This document shows, one piece after another, positions 28,327 to 38,916 of a DNA stretch of 64,000 nt; within the stretch, counting starts at the first letter, position 1; each line of letters opens with the position of its first letter. The DNA is from Bacillota bacterium. GTDB taxonomy: Bacteria; Bacillota; Sulfobacillia; Sulfobacillales; JAIMBI01. Both the position numbers and the translations under genes were made by a program. The notes under the pieces were generated by a model. That model saw only the letters and a program-made list of their open reading frames with translations, did no database searches and was not told where the DNA came from. The stretch covers positions 39,301-103,300 of the forward strand of contig JAKADP010000002.1 of the NCBI GenBank assembly GCA_021820465.1, in the 5' to 3' direction.

Positions 28327-29474
28327 CGCGGCGCGGCGTCGTCTTGTCGGTGCAGGGGCGGGAGCTTACGGTGCTGTGCCCCGGGGGAGCCGTCAAGACG
28401 GTCCCGTGGAGAGGCCGGATGCCGTCGGTGGGCCAGGAGGTTTTCATCGGGGCGGCCCGGACGGAGCAGTGGGCGGGATGGGCGGCGGCGGCCGCGGTGT
28501 TGCTGTTGGCGGCCGGCGGCATAGGGCGCGCCTTGGGCGCGGGGCCCGCGGCCCCCGCCGTGTCGGCCACCGCGGTGGGGGTGGTGAGCGTGGACATCAA
28601 CCCCAGCGTCGAGCTTATGGTGAGCCGCACCGGCCAGGTGGTTGGGGCGCGGGCCTATGATGCGGCGGGCAGGCGTTTGCTGCAGGAGGATCCCCGCCTC
28701 CGCGGGGAGCCGCTGGTGGCGGCGGTGGAGGGGATCGAGGCGTGGGCCCGTCAGCACGGCTACCTGACGGCGGCCCACCCGGTCGTGATGCTGGCGGGCT
28801 GGGCGGGGAGCCCCCGCAGCGAAGGCACAGTGGCGGGCGACCTGCGCCGGCTCATGGTGGCCCTGCAGCGGCGTGCCGTTCCCGGCTCGGTCCTGGAGCT
28901 TCCGCTGGCCACAGGCACCGCGCTCCATGCGTCGGAGCACGCGGGGCTGTCGATCGGCCGCTATCTGCTGGCGGGGATGTTGGGCAAGCCCCCGGCGGCC
29001 GTGGCGCACGTGCCGCTGGGCCAGCTGCTGCAGGCGTGGCCGCCCAAAGCCGCCCAGCCGTCTGACGAGAAAACCGCTCCGGCGGCCCACAGCGATCACA
29101 CCGGGGTCCCCCGCCACTCCGCGTCGGGGGGCGCTGGCCATGCGGCGGGGGCCGTGCCCGGCACCACGGCCCCGCCAAAGCAGGGCACGACGGCGAAAAC
29201 CTCCGTGGAGCCACCCGCCCAGGCGCCGCGCACAGTTACGGGCGCCCTCATGGGGGTGGGCCCCGACGATGTGGTGGTGAGCGGCCACGCGTATCCCTTG
29301 GCGCCGTCCGTGTCCATCACGGTGGGCGGGGCCGCTGTCCGGTTTTCGCTGGGCCGCGTGCTGGGCAACCTGGAGGCGTCGGTGGTGCTCACCCTGAATA
29401 GTGCCGGCCAAGTGGTGTCCATCGCCGTGAAGGGAGGCCCGGTGGCCGGGCCGTCGGCGCCGGGGCTCCCGTAG
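28323..29474 (+). CDS. rsgI: anti-sigma-I factor RsgI-like membrane protein
   Basis: RsgI N-domain (GVVLSV...VLCPGG...VGQEV), TM helix, VSVDINPSVEL domain, Pro/Ala/Thr linker, C-terminal beta-rich domain; coupled to sigI. Confidence 0.85.
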   Translation: MTRRGVVLSVQGRELTVLCPGGAVKTVPWRGRMPSVGQEVFIGAARTEQWAGWAAAAAVLLLAAGGIGRALGAGPAAPAVSATAVGVVSVDINPSVELMVSRTGQVVGARAYDAAGRRLLQEDPRLRGEPLVAAVEGIEAWARQHGYLTAAHPVVMLAGWAGSPRSEGTVAGDLRRLMVALQRRAVPGSVLELPLATGTALHASEHAGLSIGRYLLAGMLGKPPAAVAHVPLGQLLQAWPPKAAQPSDEKTAPAAHSDHTGVPRHSASGGAGHAAGAVPGTTAPPKQGTTAKTSVEPPAQAPRTVTGALMGVGPDDVVVSGHAYPLAPSVSITVGGAAVRFSLGRVLGNLEASVVLTLNSAGQVVSIAVKGGPVAGPSAPGLP

Positions 29475-29570
29475 CGCAATTGTCGCCTGAGCTTGGACTT
29501 GCGGGCGCGGCAGCCCTAAACTCCTTCTTGCCGGGGACCCGGGCCTCCGGCCAGAGCAAGAAGGGGGAGA

Positions 29571-29846
29571 ATGGCGACGAGCACATCATCGGGCCAACTC
29601 TTGTACGTCCTGCTGATTCTCATCGTGGGCGGCATGATGGCGTTTACCCTGATGCAGCGGCGCCAGGCGCAGCGGCAGCGCCAGATGCTCCAGCAGAGCG
29701 TCCAGCGGGGCGACCGTGTGGTGACGCTGGGCGGCATCGTGGGGCGCGTGTCCGCGGTGGACGGCGACCGGGTGCGGCTGGCGGTGGCCGAGGGGGTCGA
29801 AGTGGAGCTGCTGCGATGGGGAATCGGCCAGCGCCTGGAGCCCTAG
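29571..29846 (+). CDS. yajC: preprotein translocase subunit YajC
   Basis: N-terminal TM, GDRVVTLGGIVG; promoter-like TGGACT-17-TAAACT at 29494-29522. Confidence 0.9.
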   Translation: MATSTSSGQLLYVLLILIVGGMMAFTLMQRRQAQRQRQMLQQSVQRGDRVVTLGGIVGRVSAVDGDRVRLAVAEGVEVELLRWGIGQRLEP

Positions 29847-29865
29847 GCGAGCGGCGCCGGCGCTG

Positions 29866-29874
29866 TGCTATAAT
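29866..29874 (+). promoter_or_regulatory. extended -10 promoter of the gdh operon
   Basis: TGcTATAAT about 50 nt before the start; no clear -35. Confidence 0.55.
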
Positions 29875-29922
29875 GGCGCCGCTTTCCGGTCCCGGTCCTT
29901 AACGTGAAGGAGGACTCAGTGC

Positions 29923-31176
29923 GTGGCGGATGCCAGTCTCAACCCCTACTTGCGTGCGCAGCAGGCGTTCAAAGAAGCGGTCGATACCCTCGGGTTGGAA
30001 CCCGGCGTATACGAGTTGCTGAAGCAACCCCTCCGGTTTTATGAAGTGGCGGTGCCCTTCATTCGCGACGATGGCACCCTGCAGGTGTTTCCCGGCTACC
30101 GCTCGCATCACAACGATGCCCTGGGACCCACCAAAGGCGGCTTGCGCTTTCATCCCGACGTCAATGCGGACGAGGTGAAGGCGCTTTCTATGTGGATGAC
30201 CGTGAAGTGCGCGCTGCTGGGCCTTCCGTACGGCGGCGGCAAGGGGGGCATTGCCTGCGACCCCGAGCAGCTGTCTGAGCGCGAGCTGGAGCGCCTGTCG
30301 CGCGAATACATCCGCGGCATTGCCCTGGTGATTGGGCCGGACAAGGACATCCCGGCACCGGATGTGTCCACCAACCCGCAGATCATGGCATGGATGGTGG
30401 ACGAGTACAGCCGCATCCGCGGGGAAAACAGCTTTGGCATGATCACCGGCAAGCCGCTGGTGATCGGAGGGTCCCAGGGGCGCCTGGAGGCAACGGGCCG
30501 CGGGCTGGTATCGGCGGTGCGGGAGATGGCCCGCCAGGTGAATCTCGACTTTGCCAAGAGCCGCGTGGCGATTCAGGGCTTTGGCAACGTGGGGTCGGTG
30601 GCCGCCGCGACGGCGCACGACATGGGCGCCCGGGTGGTGGCCGTGTCGGACAAAGAGGGCGGCATCTACAATCCCGACGGGCTCGATGTGCCGGGCGTGC
30701 TGGCGTACAAGCAGGTGCACCGCAATGTGGTGGGATTCCCGGGAGCGGAGCCCGTGTCCAATCATGACCTGCTGGAGCTGCCGTGCGATATCCTGCTGCC
30801 CGCCGCCTTAGAGAATGTCATCACGGCGGACAACGCGGAGCGGATTCAGGCCCGCATCGTGGGAGAGGGGGCCAACGGGCCGACCACCCCGGAGGCGGAC
30901 CAAATTTTGTTTGAGAAGGGCGTCTTGGTGGTGCCGGACATCCTGGCCAACGCCGGCGGCGTCACGGTGTCGTACTTCGAGTGGGTGCAGAACCAGAGCC
31001 GATGGTACTGGACTGAGGCCGAGGTGGACGAGCGGCTGCACCAGATGATGGGCTCGGCCATTGAGGCGATGCACGAGATGCATGAGCGCTACGGCGTGAG
31101 CCATCGGCGGGCCGCGTACCTGGTGGCGGTGGATCGGATTGCGTCAGCCATGCGCGTGCGCGGCTGGCTGAAGTGA
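29923..31176 (+). CDS. gdh: glutamate dehydrogenase (GudB/RocG type)
   Basis: [35 protein letters not shown]; Glu-specificity Lys and Ser present. Confidence 0.92.
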   Translation: MADASLNPYLRAQQAFKEAVDTLGLEPGVYELLKQPLRFYEVAVPFIRDDGTLQVFPGYRSHHNDALGPTKGGLRFHPDVNADEVKALSMWMTVKCALLGLPYGGGKGGIACDPEQLSERELERLSREYIRGIALVIGPDKDIPAPDVSTNPQIMAWMVDEYSRIRGENSFGMITGKPLVIGGSQGRLEATGRGLVSAVREMARQVNLDFAKSRVAIQGFGNVGSVAAATAHDMGARVVAVSDKEGGIYNPDGLDVPGVLAYKQVHRNVVGFPGAEPVSNHDLLELPCDILLPAALENVITADNAERIQARIVGEGANGPTTPEADQILFEKGVLVVPDILANAGGVTVSYFEWVQNQSRWYWTEAEVDERLHQMMGSAIEAMHEMHERYGVSHRRAAYLVAVDRIASAMRVRGWLK

Positions 31177-32777
31177 GCGCGCCCGGGCCCGCGGGGGAGG
31201 CCGGCCGCCTGAGCCCCCCGCCGGAAACGCTGTCGGGCATCCCGGTGGAGCCCGTGTATCGGCAGGCGGGGGAGGGGCCGCTGGGGGACCCTGGCCGCTT
31301 CCCGTTTACGCGGGGCATCTATCCGACGATGTACCGCGGCCGCCTGTGGACCATGCGGCAGTATGCGGGCTTTGGCACGCCGGCCGAATCCAACCGGCGG
31401 TATCGCTATCTGCTGGAGCAGGGGCAGACGGGCCTGTCGGTCGCGTTTGACCTGCCGACGCAGATGGGGTTTGACTCCGACGACCCGGCCGTGGCGGGCG
31501 AAGTGGGCAAGGTGGGTGTGGCCATCGACTCGCTGGCGGATATGGAGATACTGCTGGATGGACTGCCGCTCGACCGAGTGACGGTGTCGATGACCATCAA
31601 TGCGCCGGCAGCGATTCTCCTCCTGATGGTCTTGGCGGTGGCGGAGCAGCAGGGGGTCCCTTGGGACCGGGTGTCGGGCACCATCCAGAATGACATCTTG
31701 AAGGAATATGCCGCCCGTGGCACATATATTTTTCCGCCGCGCCCCTCCATGCGCCTCATCACCGACACCTTTGGGTGGTGTGCCGGCCATGTGCCGTCGT
31801 GGAACACCATATCCATTTCCGGGTACCACATCCGCGAAGCGGGCTCCACCGCCGCGCAGGAATTGGCCTTTACCCTGGCGAACGGCATCGCGTACGTGGA
31901 GGCCGCGCTGGCCGCTGGGCTGGGGGTGGACCAGGTGGGGCCGCGCCTGTCGTTCTTCTTCAATGCCCAGATTGACCTGTTCGAGGAAGTGGCCAAGTTT
32001 CGGGCGGCCCGGCGCATGTGGGCGCGCATCATGCGCGACCGCTTCGGTGCCGCCGATCCCCGATCCCAGATGCTGCGCTTTCACACCCAGACGGCCGGAT
32101 CGTCGCTCACCGCGCAGCAGGTGGACAACAACGTCGTGCGGGTCGCCATCGAAGCGCTGGCGGCCGTCTTGGGCGGCACGCAGTCGCTGCACACCAATGC
32201 GCGCGACGAGGCGCTGGGGCTGCCGACTGAGGCCTCCGCCCGGCTGGCGCTGCGCACGCAGCAGGTGCTGGCGTACGAGACGGGTGTGGTCAACACCGTG
32301 GATCCGCTGGGGGGGGCGTACTTCGTGGAAGCGCTGACGGATCGGCTGGAGCAGGAAGCGCAGCGCTACTTGGACGAGGTGGACCGCCGAGGCGGTGCGG
32401 TGGCCGCCATCGAGTCGGGATACGTGCAGAAGGAGATTCAGGATGCGGCGTGGCGCTACCAGCAGCAGGTGGAGCGCGGCGAAAAAATCCAGGTGGGGGT
32501 CAATCGGTTCCAGTCTGACGATCCGGAACCGGTGCCGGTCGCGGTGGTGGACGCCCAGGCGGAGCAGGTGCAGCGGCAGAGCTTGGCCCGGGTGCGCGAC
32601 CGGCGCGACGGGGCGCGGGTCGCCGCGGCGCTGGCCAAGCTGGCCGAGGTGGCGGCGGGCGATGGCAACCTGCTGCCGCCGCTGCTGGAGGCCGTGCGCG
32701 CATACGCCACACTGGGGGAGATGGTGGGGACGTTGAAGCAGCAGTTTGGGCAGTACCGCCCACCGGTGGTGCTGTGA
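31173..32777 (+). CDS. methylmalonyl-CoA mutase, substrate-binding (large) subunit
   Basis: [18 protein letters not shown] (Tyr), QNDILKEY..R (Arg), GGTQSLHTN; no B12-binding domain. Confidence 0.92.
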   Translation: MSAPGPAGEAGRLSPPPETLSGIPVEPVYRQAGEGPLGDPGRFPFTRGIYPTMYRGRLWTMRQYAGFGTPAESNRRYRYLLEQGQTGLSVAFDLPTQMGFDSDDPAVAGEVGKVGVAIDSLADMEILLDGLPLDRVTVSMTINAPAAILLLMVLAVAEQQGVPWDRVSGTIQNDILKEYAARGTYIFPPRPSMRLITDTFGWCAGHVPSWNTISISGYHIREAGSTAAQELAFTLANGIAYVEAALAAGLGVDQVGPRLSFFFNAQIDLFEEVAKFRAARRMWARIMRDRFGAADPRSQMLRFHTQTAGSSLTAQQVDNNVVRVAIEALAAVLGGTQSLHTNARDEALGLPTEASARLALRTQQVLAYETGVVNTVDPLGGAYFVEALTDRLEQEAQRYLDEVDRRGGAVAAIESGYVQKEIQDAAWRYQQQVERGEKIQVGVNRFQSDDPEPVPVAVVDAQAEQVQRQSLARVRDRRDGARVAAALAKLAEVAAGDGNLLPPLLEAVRAYATLGEMVGTLKQQFGQYRPPVVL

Positions 32778-33211
32778 GCGGCGGCCAAGGGCTGGCGGCG
32801 GCTCGCGGCTGGCCGCTGGACCACATCGGGATGGCCGTGGCGGACTTGGACGCTGCGCTGGCGGCTTGGGCACGCTTGGGATTCCAGCCGCACCGGATGG
32901 AAGACGTGCCGCAGGACGGGATTCGGGTCGCCTTTTTGGCGTGGGAGGCGGGAGAGCTGGAACTTATGGCCCCAGTGGGGCCGGATGGGGCGGTGGCGCG
33001 CTTTCTGGCCAAGCGTGGGCCGGGACTGCACCACCTGGCCTTTCGGGTGGACGATGTGGCCAGCGTGCTGCGCGAGTTGGCACACGATGGCGTGCGCCTC
33101 GTGGACCGGGTGCCGCGTCCGGGATCCCGGGGCACTCGGGTGGCGTTCCTGCACCCGAGTGCCTGCGAGGGCGTCTTGACAGAATTGGTGGAGGCAGCCC
33201 ATGGGCAATAG
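32774..33211 (+). CDS. mce: methylmalonyl-CoA epimerase
   Basis: [24 protein letters not shown]...GVLTELVE. Confidence 0.9.
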   Translation: MSGGQGLAAARGWPLDHIGMAVADLDAALAAWARLGFQPHRMEDVPQDGIRVAFLAWEAGELELMAPVGPDGAVARFLAKRGPGLHHLAFRVDDVASVLRELAHDGVRLVDRVPRPGSRGTRVAFLHPSACEGVLTELVEAAHGQ

Positions 33212-34724
33212 CGACACACTGCAGGAGCTGGCCCGCCGCGAGGCCCAGATCCGGGCGATGGGGGGACCTGAGCGCGTGGCCCGGCAGCATCAGCTGGGCA
33301 AGTGGACGGCGCGCGAGCGGCTGGACGCCCTGCTGGACGCCGGGACCTTTCAGGAGTTGGGCGCCCACGTGGTGGCGCGCGTCGGCGAACCTGCGCCCGC
33401 GGACGGTGTGGTGACTGGCGTCGGCCGAGTCGATGGGCGGCCCGTGTACGTCTACGCGCAGGACTTCACGGTGGCGGGGGGCTCCCTGGGGGAGATGCAT
33501 GCGGCGAAGATTCAAGCCATGCAGGATTTGGCGCTGAAGTCGGGCTGCCCGGTCGTGGGGCTGAACGACTCCGGTGGGGCGCGGATTCAGGAGGGCGTGG
33601 ATGCCTTATCGGGCTATGGCGCCATCTTTCGCCGCAACACCCACGCATCGGGCGTCATTCCGCAGATTACCGTCATCATGGGGCCCAGCGCGGGCGGCGC
33701 CGTGTATTCGCCGGCGCTGACGGATCTGGTGGTGATGGTGCGCGGCACAGCGCAGATGTTTATCACCGGACCGCAGGTGATTCGAGCGGTGACCGGGGAG
33801 CAGGTGACCGCCGAAGAGCTTGGGGGGGCGGAGGCTCAGCTGACCAAGTCCGGGGTAGCCCACTTCGCCGCGGACGACGACGCCGCGGCCCTGGCTCTCA
33901 CCCGGGAGCTGTTGGCTCGGTTCCCCGCCAACAACGTGGAGGATCCGCCGCGGCGGCCCGGGCGGCCTCCCGCGGCGGTGGACCTAAACCATTTGGTGCC
34001 GAGCGACCCCAACAAGCCGTATGATGTCCGCCGGGTGATCGCGGGCTTGGTGGACGACGAAAGTTTCTTGGAGTGTCAGGCGGGGTATGCGGACAATGTG
34101 GTGGTGGGGTGGGCCTATCTGGAGGGACAGCCCATCGCGGTGATTGCCAACCAGCCCCGGGTGCTGGCGGGCACGCTGGACATCGACGGCTCGGACAAGC
34201 TGGCCCGCTTCGTCCGGCTGTCGGACGCCTTCAACTTTCCGCTGCTGACGCTGGTGGACACCCCTGGCTATCTGCCTGGCACCGCCCAGGAATACGGGGG
34301 CATCATCCGCCACGGTGCTAAAGTCCTGTACGCGTATGCGGAGGCGACGGTGCCGAAGATCACCGTGATTCTGCGCAAGGCATACGGCGGCGCCTACCTG
34401 GCCATGTGCAGTCGCTCGCTGGGGGCGGATTTGGCTCTGGCGTGGCCCAGTGCCGAGATTGCCGTCATGGGCCCGGAGCCGGCGGCCAACATCATTTATC
34501 GCCGGGAGCTGGAGTCGGCCGAGGATCCGGCCGCCGCCCGCCGGGAGAAGGTGGCCGAGTATCGCGCGCGGTTTGCCAACCCGTACGTGGCTGCGGCCCG
34601 CGGCTATGTGGATGCGGTGGTAGAGCCGGCGGAGACGCGCGCAGCCGTGGTTCGGCTCTTGTCGGCCCTGCTGCCCAAGCGGGAGGCGCGGCCCAGCCGG
34701 AAGCACGGAAACGTGCCCCTGTGA
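33201..34724 (+). CDS. acyl-CoA carboxylase/decarboxylase carboxyltransferase subunit (PccB/MmdA type)
   Basis: DSGGARIQEG, AGGAVYSPA, VDTPGYLPG, RKAYGGAY, KHGNVPL. Confidence 0.93.
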   Translation: MGNSDTLQELARREAQIRAMGGPERVARQHQLGKWTARERLDALLDAGTFQELGAHVVARVGEPAPADGVVTGVGRVDGRPVYVYAQDFTVAGGSLGEMHAAKIQAMQDLALKSGCPVVGLNDSGGARIQEGVDALSGYGAIFRRNTHASGVIPQITVIMGPSAGGAVYSPALTDLVVMVRGTAQMFITGPQVIRAVTGEQVTAEELGGAEAQLTKSGVAHFAADDDAAALALTRELLARFPANNVEDPPRRPGRPPAAVDLNHLVPSDPNKPYDVRRVIAGLVDDESFLECQAGYADNVVVGWAYLEGQPIAVIANQPRVLAGTLDIDGSDKLARFVRLSDAFNFPLLTLVDTPGYLPGTAQEYGGIIRHGAKVLYAYAEATVPKITVILRKAYGGAYLAMCSRSLGADLALAWPSAEIAVMGPEPAANIIYRRELESAEDPAAARREKVAEYRARFANPYVAAARGYVDAVVEPAETRAAVVRLLSALLPKREARPSRKHGNVPL

Positions 34725-34900
34725 GCGCCCGGGTGGAGCCGACCCCCGAGGCGCTGCGGCGGGTCGCTGCGATCGTCGCCGCGCTGGTTGCCTGCGAAGG
34801 CGGCGCGGCGGCGGTGCGCGTGCGCCCAATGTGGCCTGAGCCGGGACCATGGACGTGGTTGGGGCGTCGTGACGGAATGCAGGGAGGGGGACGGTGGTGA
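34721..34900 (+). CDS. small accessory subunit (MmdD/OadG C-terminus or epsilon-like)
   Basis: GTGA overlap with CT gene; VAAIVAAL...W..LGR pattern between CT and biotin carrier; not called separately in the track. Confidence 0.65.
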   Translation: MSARVEPTPEALRRVAAIVAALVACEGGAAAVRVRPMWPEPGPWTWLGRRDGMQGGGRW

Positions 34901-35352
34901 TGCCGAGGCGCTTTCAGGTCACGGTGGATGGACACACGTACGAGGTCGAGGTGTCGGAGCTGACGGACGCCAGCGCCCCGGCCCTGAAGCCGGCGTCGGG
35001 GCCCGTGGCCGAGAAGGAGAAGGCGTCCGGGGCGACGCCCCTGGTGGACAAGGAGAGGGCGCCCGGAGCGCGGCCCCTCGTGGAGAAGGAGAGGGCGCAG
35101 CCGCCGGCACGGACGGAGGCCCAGCCGGCGGCGGCTGCGGCCGGCACCGTGACTGCCCCGCTGCCGGGAGTGGCCCTGGAGGTGAAGGTGGCGGTGGGGG
35201 ACCGCGTGTCGGCCGGCGACGTGCTGGTCATTCTGGAAGCCATGAAGATGGAAAACGAAGTGGTCGCGCGGGAAGCTGGCGTGGTGCAGTCCGTGCACGT
35301 GGTGCCGGGGGCGAGCGTGGCGTCGGGGGATCCCCTGGTGACCATCGGCTGA
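34894..35352 (+). CDS. biotin carboxyl carrier protein (MmdC-like)
   Basis: FQVTVDGHTYEVEVSE N-terminus and EAMKMENEV biotinylation motif. Confidence 0.93.
   Translation: MVMPRRFQVTVDGHTYEVEVSELTDASAPALKPASGPVAEKEKASGATPLVDKERAPGARPLVEKERAQPPARTEAQPAAAAAGTVTAPLPGVALEVKVAVGDRVSAGDVLVILEAMKMENEVVAREAGVVQSVHVVPGASVASGDPLVTIG
35002..35109 (+). repeat. 3 imperfect in-frame 36-nt tandem repeats in the BCCP linker
   Basis: PVAEKEKASGAT / PLVDKERAPGAR / PLVEKERAQPPA. Confidence 0.8.
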
Positions 35353-35484
35353 CCGGCGGGGTGGGGAGCCCAAGTCTCCCCGGGCAGGCGCTGGCATCAC
35401 GGAGGACCGCGGCCATTCGCGCCAGCTGCACGAAAAAGTGCCCGGCGCGCAGCAGTCTGGCGCCGGGTTCGGTTGGGTCGGCGG

Positions 35485-36147
35485 CTACTTGGGGTCGGTG
35501 AGACGGAGGTACCACTCGCGGTAGTCCAAGCCATGCGCCTTGGCTTCGTCTGCGGTTTCCACCTTGTCGAGGGACGCCGGGGCGGGGACCACCACCGGCT
35601 GGCCGCGATGCCAGTCCACCGGAGTCGCATAGTTGGTGCGGGCCTTGACCTGGAGGCTGTCAAACACGCGCAGCAGCTCGTCGACCGAGCGGCCGGTGGA
35701 CAGAGGGTAGTACAGCAGCGCCCGCACGATGCCGCCGTCGTCAATGAAAAAGACGGCGCGAACCGTTTCGGTGAGCGCATCGCCCGGATGGATCATGCCG
35801 TATTTCTTGGAGACGGCCATGTCGACATCGGCGATGATGGGAAAGGGAATCGGGCGCCCGAGCATCTCCCCCATGCTTTTCATCCAGGCGATGTGCGCGG
35901 GGACGCCATCGACGGACAGGCCCAACAAGTCAATGCCCCGCTGCTGGAATTCATCGTAGCGGCGGGCAAACTCCATGATTTCCGTGGAGCACACGGGGGT
36001 GAAGTCATTGGGATGCGAAAACAGCATCAGCCAACGGCCACGGTACTGCGAGAGGGTCACGGGGCCGTGGCTGGTCTTGGCTTCGAAATCCGGGGCCGGC
36101 TCCCCGATGCGTGGCAGGCGGGTGGCCACTTCTTGCACAGGCTCCAT
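35485..36147 (-). CDS. 1-Cys peroxiredoxin (Prx6 type)
   Basis: FSHPNDFTPVCSTE, single Cys, YYPLSTGRSVDE; GGAGGGAG RBS and TATAAT near 36190. Confidence 0.92.
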   Translation of the reverse strand: MEPVQEVATRLPRIGEPAPDFEAKTSHGPVTLSQYRGRWLMLFSHPNDFTPVCSTEIMEFARRYDEFQQRGIDLLGLSVDGVPAHIAWMKSMGEMLGRPIPFPIIADVDMAVSKKYGMIHPGDALTETVRAVFFIDDGGIVRALLYYPLSTGRSVDELLRVFDSLQVKARTNYATPVDWHRGQPVVVPAPASLDKVETADEAKAHGLDYREWYLRLTDPK

Positions 36148-36404
36148 AGGTCACACTCCCTCCGCGCCGCTTGCGCGGTCGCTTGTCCATTATAAGGATC
36201 GCGGTCGGCCTTGGGCACCCCATGCCAATCGCGCATGTGCGGGGACGAGCGGCTGGAGGCCGCGGCCGCCTGCCGAGCCCACGGTGCCTCGCCTAGAAAT
36301 AATGTGGGCCCAGACAGGAATTGGGCCCTGGGCTGGAGAACTCTTGCGGCCGAATAGCGGGCCACCGCGTGGGGCGTGGTGCGCCGAGCAAGGGGGCGAG
36401 ATCG

Positions 36405-38090
36405 GTGGCCGTTTCCGACGCGGGTGCTGTGCGCGAGGATGAATTTCCCGGTCTCATGATGGACGACCTTCCGCTCACCACCACCTGGATTCTTCGCCGC
36501 GCCGCGACGGTGTTTGCCGACCGGCCGGTGGTGACGCGCACCCCCGGTGGCGGGCGGCACCGCTATACCTACCGCGCCATGGCGGGGCGAGCACGCCGGC
36601 TGGGCGTGGGGCTGGCCAGCCTGGGCATCGGTCCGGGGGACCGCGTGGCGACGCTGGCGATGAACCACTATCAGCACCTCGAAGCGTACTTTGGCGTTCC
36701 GGCTCTAGGCGCGGTCCTGCATACGGTCAACCCACGGCTTCACCCCCAGGACCTGGCTCACATCGTCACCCAGGCCGCCGACCGAGTCATGATCGTGGAT
36801 CAGGCGCTGTGGCCCGTCTGGTCGGCCATTGTCGGCCAGGTGCCGGTGGCGCACACGGTCGTGGTCGCGGATGGCACCGGACCCCTGCCCCCTGGGACGC
36901 TGGCGTACGAAGACCTGGTGGTGGAGGGGCCGGACCAGGTGCCGGACGATGCGGTGGCGAACGACCGCCAAGCCGCGATGATGTGCTACACGTCGGGCAC
37001 CACGGGCCGGCCCAAGGGCGTGGTGTATTCCCACCGGAGCTTGGTGCTCCACGCCTTGGCCACGGGTGGTGTGGACTCCGTCGGGCTCTCCGCGCGGGAC
37101 ATGGTGCTGCCGGTGGTGCCCATGTTCCACGTCAACGCCTGGGGGCTTCCGTACGGCGCGGCGCTGCATGGCAGTGGGCTGGTGCTGCCTGGGCATGATC
37201 TGTCGCCGGAGGGCCTTCTCACGCTGCTGGATGAGACCGGCGCCACCGTGACGGCGGGCGTGCCCACTATCTGGATGGCGATTTTGGCTGCGCTGGATGC
37301 GCACCCGAGTCGGTGGAACCTGTCGCAGCTCCGCACGATGCTGGTGGGCGGCGCCGCGGTGCCGGCCGCCGTCCTGCAAGGGTTTCGCGACCGCCATGGC
37401 CTCGGGGTGCTGCACGCGTGGGGCATGACGGAGACTACCCCGCTGGGCTCGGTGGCTCACGTGCCGGCTGGGGTGGACGAGGGGCCTGGGCCAGCCGGAG
37501 ACCACTATCGACTGTCCCAGGGCCGCCCGGCCGCCCTGGTTGAGGTGCGAGCGCGCGGAGAGGCCGGCCTAGTGCCCTGGGATGGGAAGACCCCGGGGGA
37601 GCTGGAAGTGCGGGGCCCCTGGGTGGCCAGGCACTACTATGGCGGTGACGACGACGGCAAGTTTACCCCCGATGGATGGTTCAAGACCGGGGATGTGGTG
37701 ACCATTGACCCCCAGGGGTATCTGGTCATCACCGACCGCACGAAGGATTTGGTCAAGTCCGGCGGGGAGTGGATCAGCTCCGTCGCGCTGGAGAACGCGC
37801 TGATGAGTCATCCGGGCGTGGCGGAGGCCGCGGTCATCGCGGTGCCTCACCCCCGCTGGCAGGAGCGGCCAGTGGCGGTGCTGGTGGCCCGGGGGGCCGA
37901 GCGCCCGTCGGATCAGGAACTGGCGGCTTTTCTCGCCCCCCAGTTTGCGGATTGGTGGCTGCCGGACGCGTACCGCTGGGTGGAAGCCATCCCGCGGACC
38001 GCCACCGGAAAATTTCTCAAGGCGGCTCTTCGGGAGCAGTTTCGCGATGCGCTGGGGGGCGGGGCCCAGAGAACGAGGGAGGTGCCGTAG
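36405..38090 (+). CDS. medium/long-chain acyl-CoA ligase (AlkK/DmdB-like)
   Basis: [35 protein letters not shown]; start uncertain. Confidence 0.9.
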   Translation: MAVSDAGAVREDEFPGLMMDDLPLTTTWILRRAATVFADRPVVTRTPGGGRHRYTYRAMAGRARRLGVGLASLGIGPGDRVATLAMNHYQHLEAYFGVPALGAVLHTVNPRLHPQDLAHIVTQAADRVMIVDQALWPVWSAIVGQVPVAHTVVVADGTGPLPPGTLAYEDLVVEGPDQVPDDAVANDRQAAMMCYTSGTTGRPKGVVYSHRSLVLHALATGGVDSVGLSARDMVLPVVPMFHVNAWGLPYGAALHGSGLVLPGHDLSPEGLLTLLDETGATVTAGVPTIWMAILAALDAHPSRWNLSQLRTMLVGGAAVPAAVLQGFRDRHGLGVLHAWGMTETTPLGSVAHVPAGVDEGPGPAGDHYRLSQGRPAALVEVRARGEAGLVPWDGKTPGELEVRGPWVARHYYGGDDDGKFTPDGWFKTGDVVTIDPQGYLVITDRTKDLVKSGGEWISSVALENALMSHPGVAEAAVIAVPHPRWQERPVAVLVARGAERPSDQELAAFLAPQFADWWLPDAYRWVEAIPRTATGKFLKAALREQFRDALGGGAQRTREVP

Positions 38091-38893
38091 TGGCAGAGGG
38101 GTTGGCCCCAGAACCGTTGGACGGGCTCCCGTGGGCCGACGCGGCGGTGATGGTGTTTGGGGGCGGGTCCGGGCTGGGAGAGGCCAGCGTGGCGCGGCTG
38201 GCGCGCCTAGGCGCGCGTGTGGCGGTCGTCGATGTCAATGCGGCGGCTGCCGAGCGGGTGGCCGCGCCGCTTGGGGCACGCGGCCTGGCGCTGGTGGCGG
38301 ATGTGGCGGCGGCCGAGCCTGTCGAGGCGGCGGTGGCCGCCGTGGTGGACCGCTGGGGAGCGGTCCGGGGCGTGGTGCACACCGCCGGCATTGCGATTGC
38401 CGAGCGCATTCTGGGCCGAGGCGGCCCGCACGACCTGGAGCGGTTTGCCCGTGTCGTGTCCGTGAACCTGGTCGGCACGTTCAACGTGCTGCGGCTGACC
38501 GCCCGCGCCATGGCGGCCAATCCGCCGGATGGCGAGGGCCAGCGTGGGGTCGTGGTCGTCACGGCTTCGGTGGCCGCGTTCGAGGGACAGGTGGGGCAGG
38601 CGGCCTACGCGGCGTCCAAGGGCGGCGTGGCGGCCTTGGTGCTCCCGGCGGCGCGCGAGCTGGCTCGCGACGGCATTCGGGTGGTGGGCATTGCGCCGGG
38701 AATTTTCGAGACCCCGATGATGGCGGGGCTGCCCGAGGCGGCGCGCCAGTCCCTGGGTCAGCAGGTGCCGTTCCCGCCCCGGCTGGGCCGGCCGGCCGAG
38801 TACGCCGACTTGGTGAGTCACATCTTCTTGAACCCGATGCTGAACGGCACGGTGATCCGCTTGGATGGCGCTATCCGCATGGCCCCTCGGTAG
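38090..38893 (+). CDS. SDR, 3-hydroxyacyl-CoA dehydrogenase type II (HSD10-like)
   Basis: [37 protein letters not shown]. Confidence 0.9.
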   Translation: MAEGLAPEPLDGLPWADAAVMVFGGGSGLGEASVARLARLGARVAVVDVNAAAAERVAAPLGARGLALVADVAAAEPVEAAVAAVVDRWGAVRGVVHTAGIAIAERILGRGGPHDLERFARVVSVNLVGTFNVLRLTARAMAANPPDGEGQRGVVVVTASVAAFEGQVGQAAYAASKGGVAALVLPAARELARDGIRVVGIAPGIFETPMMAGLPEAARQSLGQQVPFPPRLGRPAEYADLVSHIFLNPMLNGTVIRLDGAIRMAPR

Positions 38894-38916
38894 CGCGGAC
38901 AGGAGGGAGATGCGCG

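Noticed and set aside
31173-32777. Isobutyryl- or hydroxyisobutyryl-CoA mutase assignment
   Set aside because: Specificity residues are Tyr (RQY) and Arg (EYAARG), the methylmalonyl-CoA pattern
31089-32873. 594-aa minus-strand ORF and many similar long antisense or alternate-frame ORFs
   Set aside because: Mirror frames of well-supported genes in high-GC DNA with Arg/Pro/Gly/His-rich non-protein-like composition
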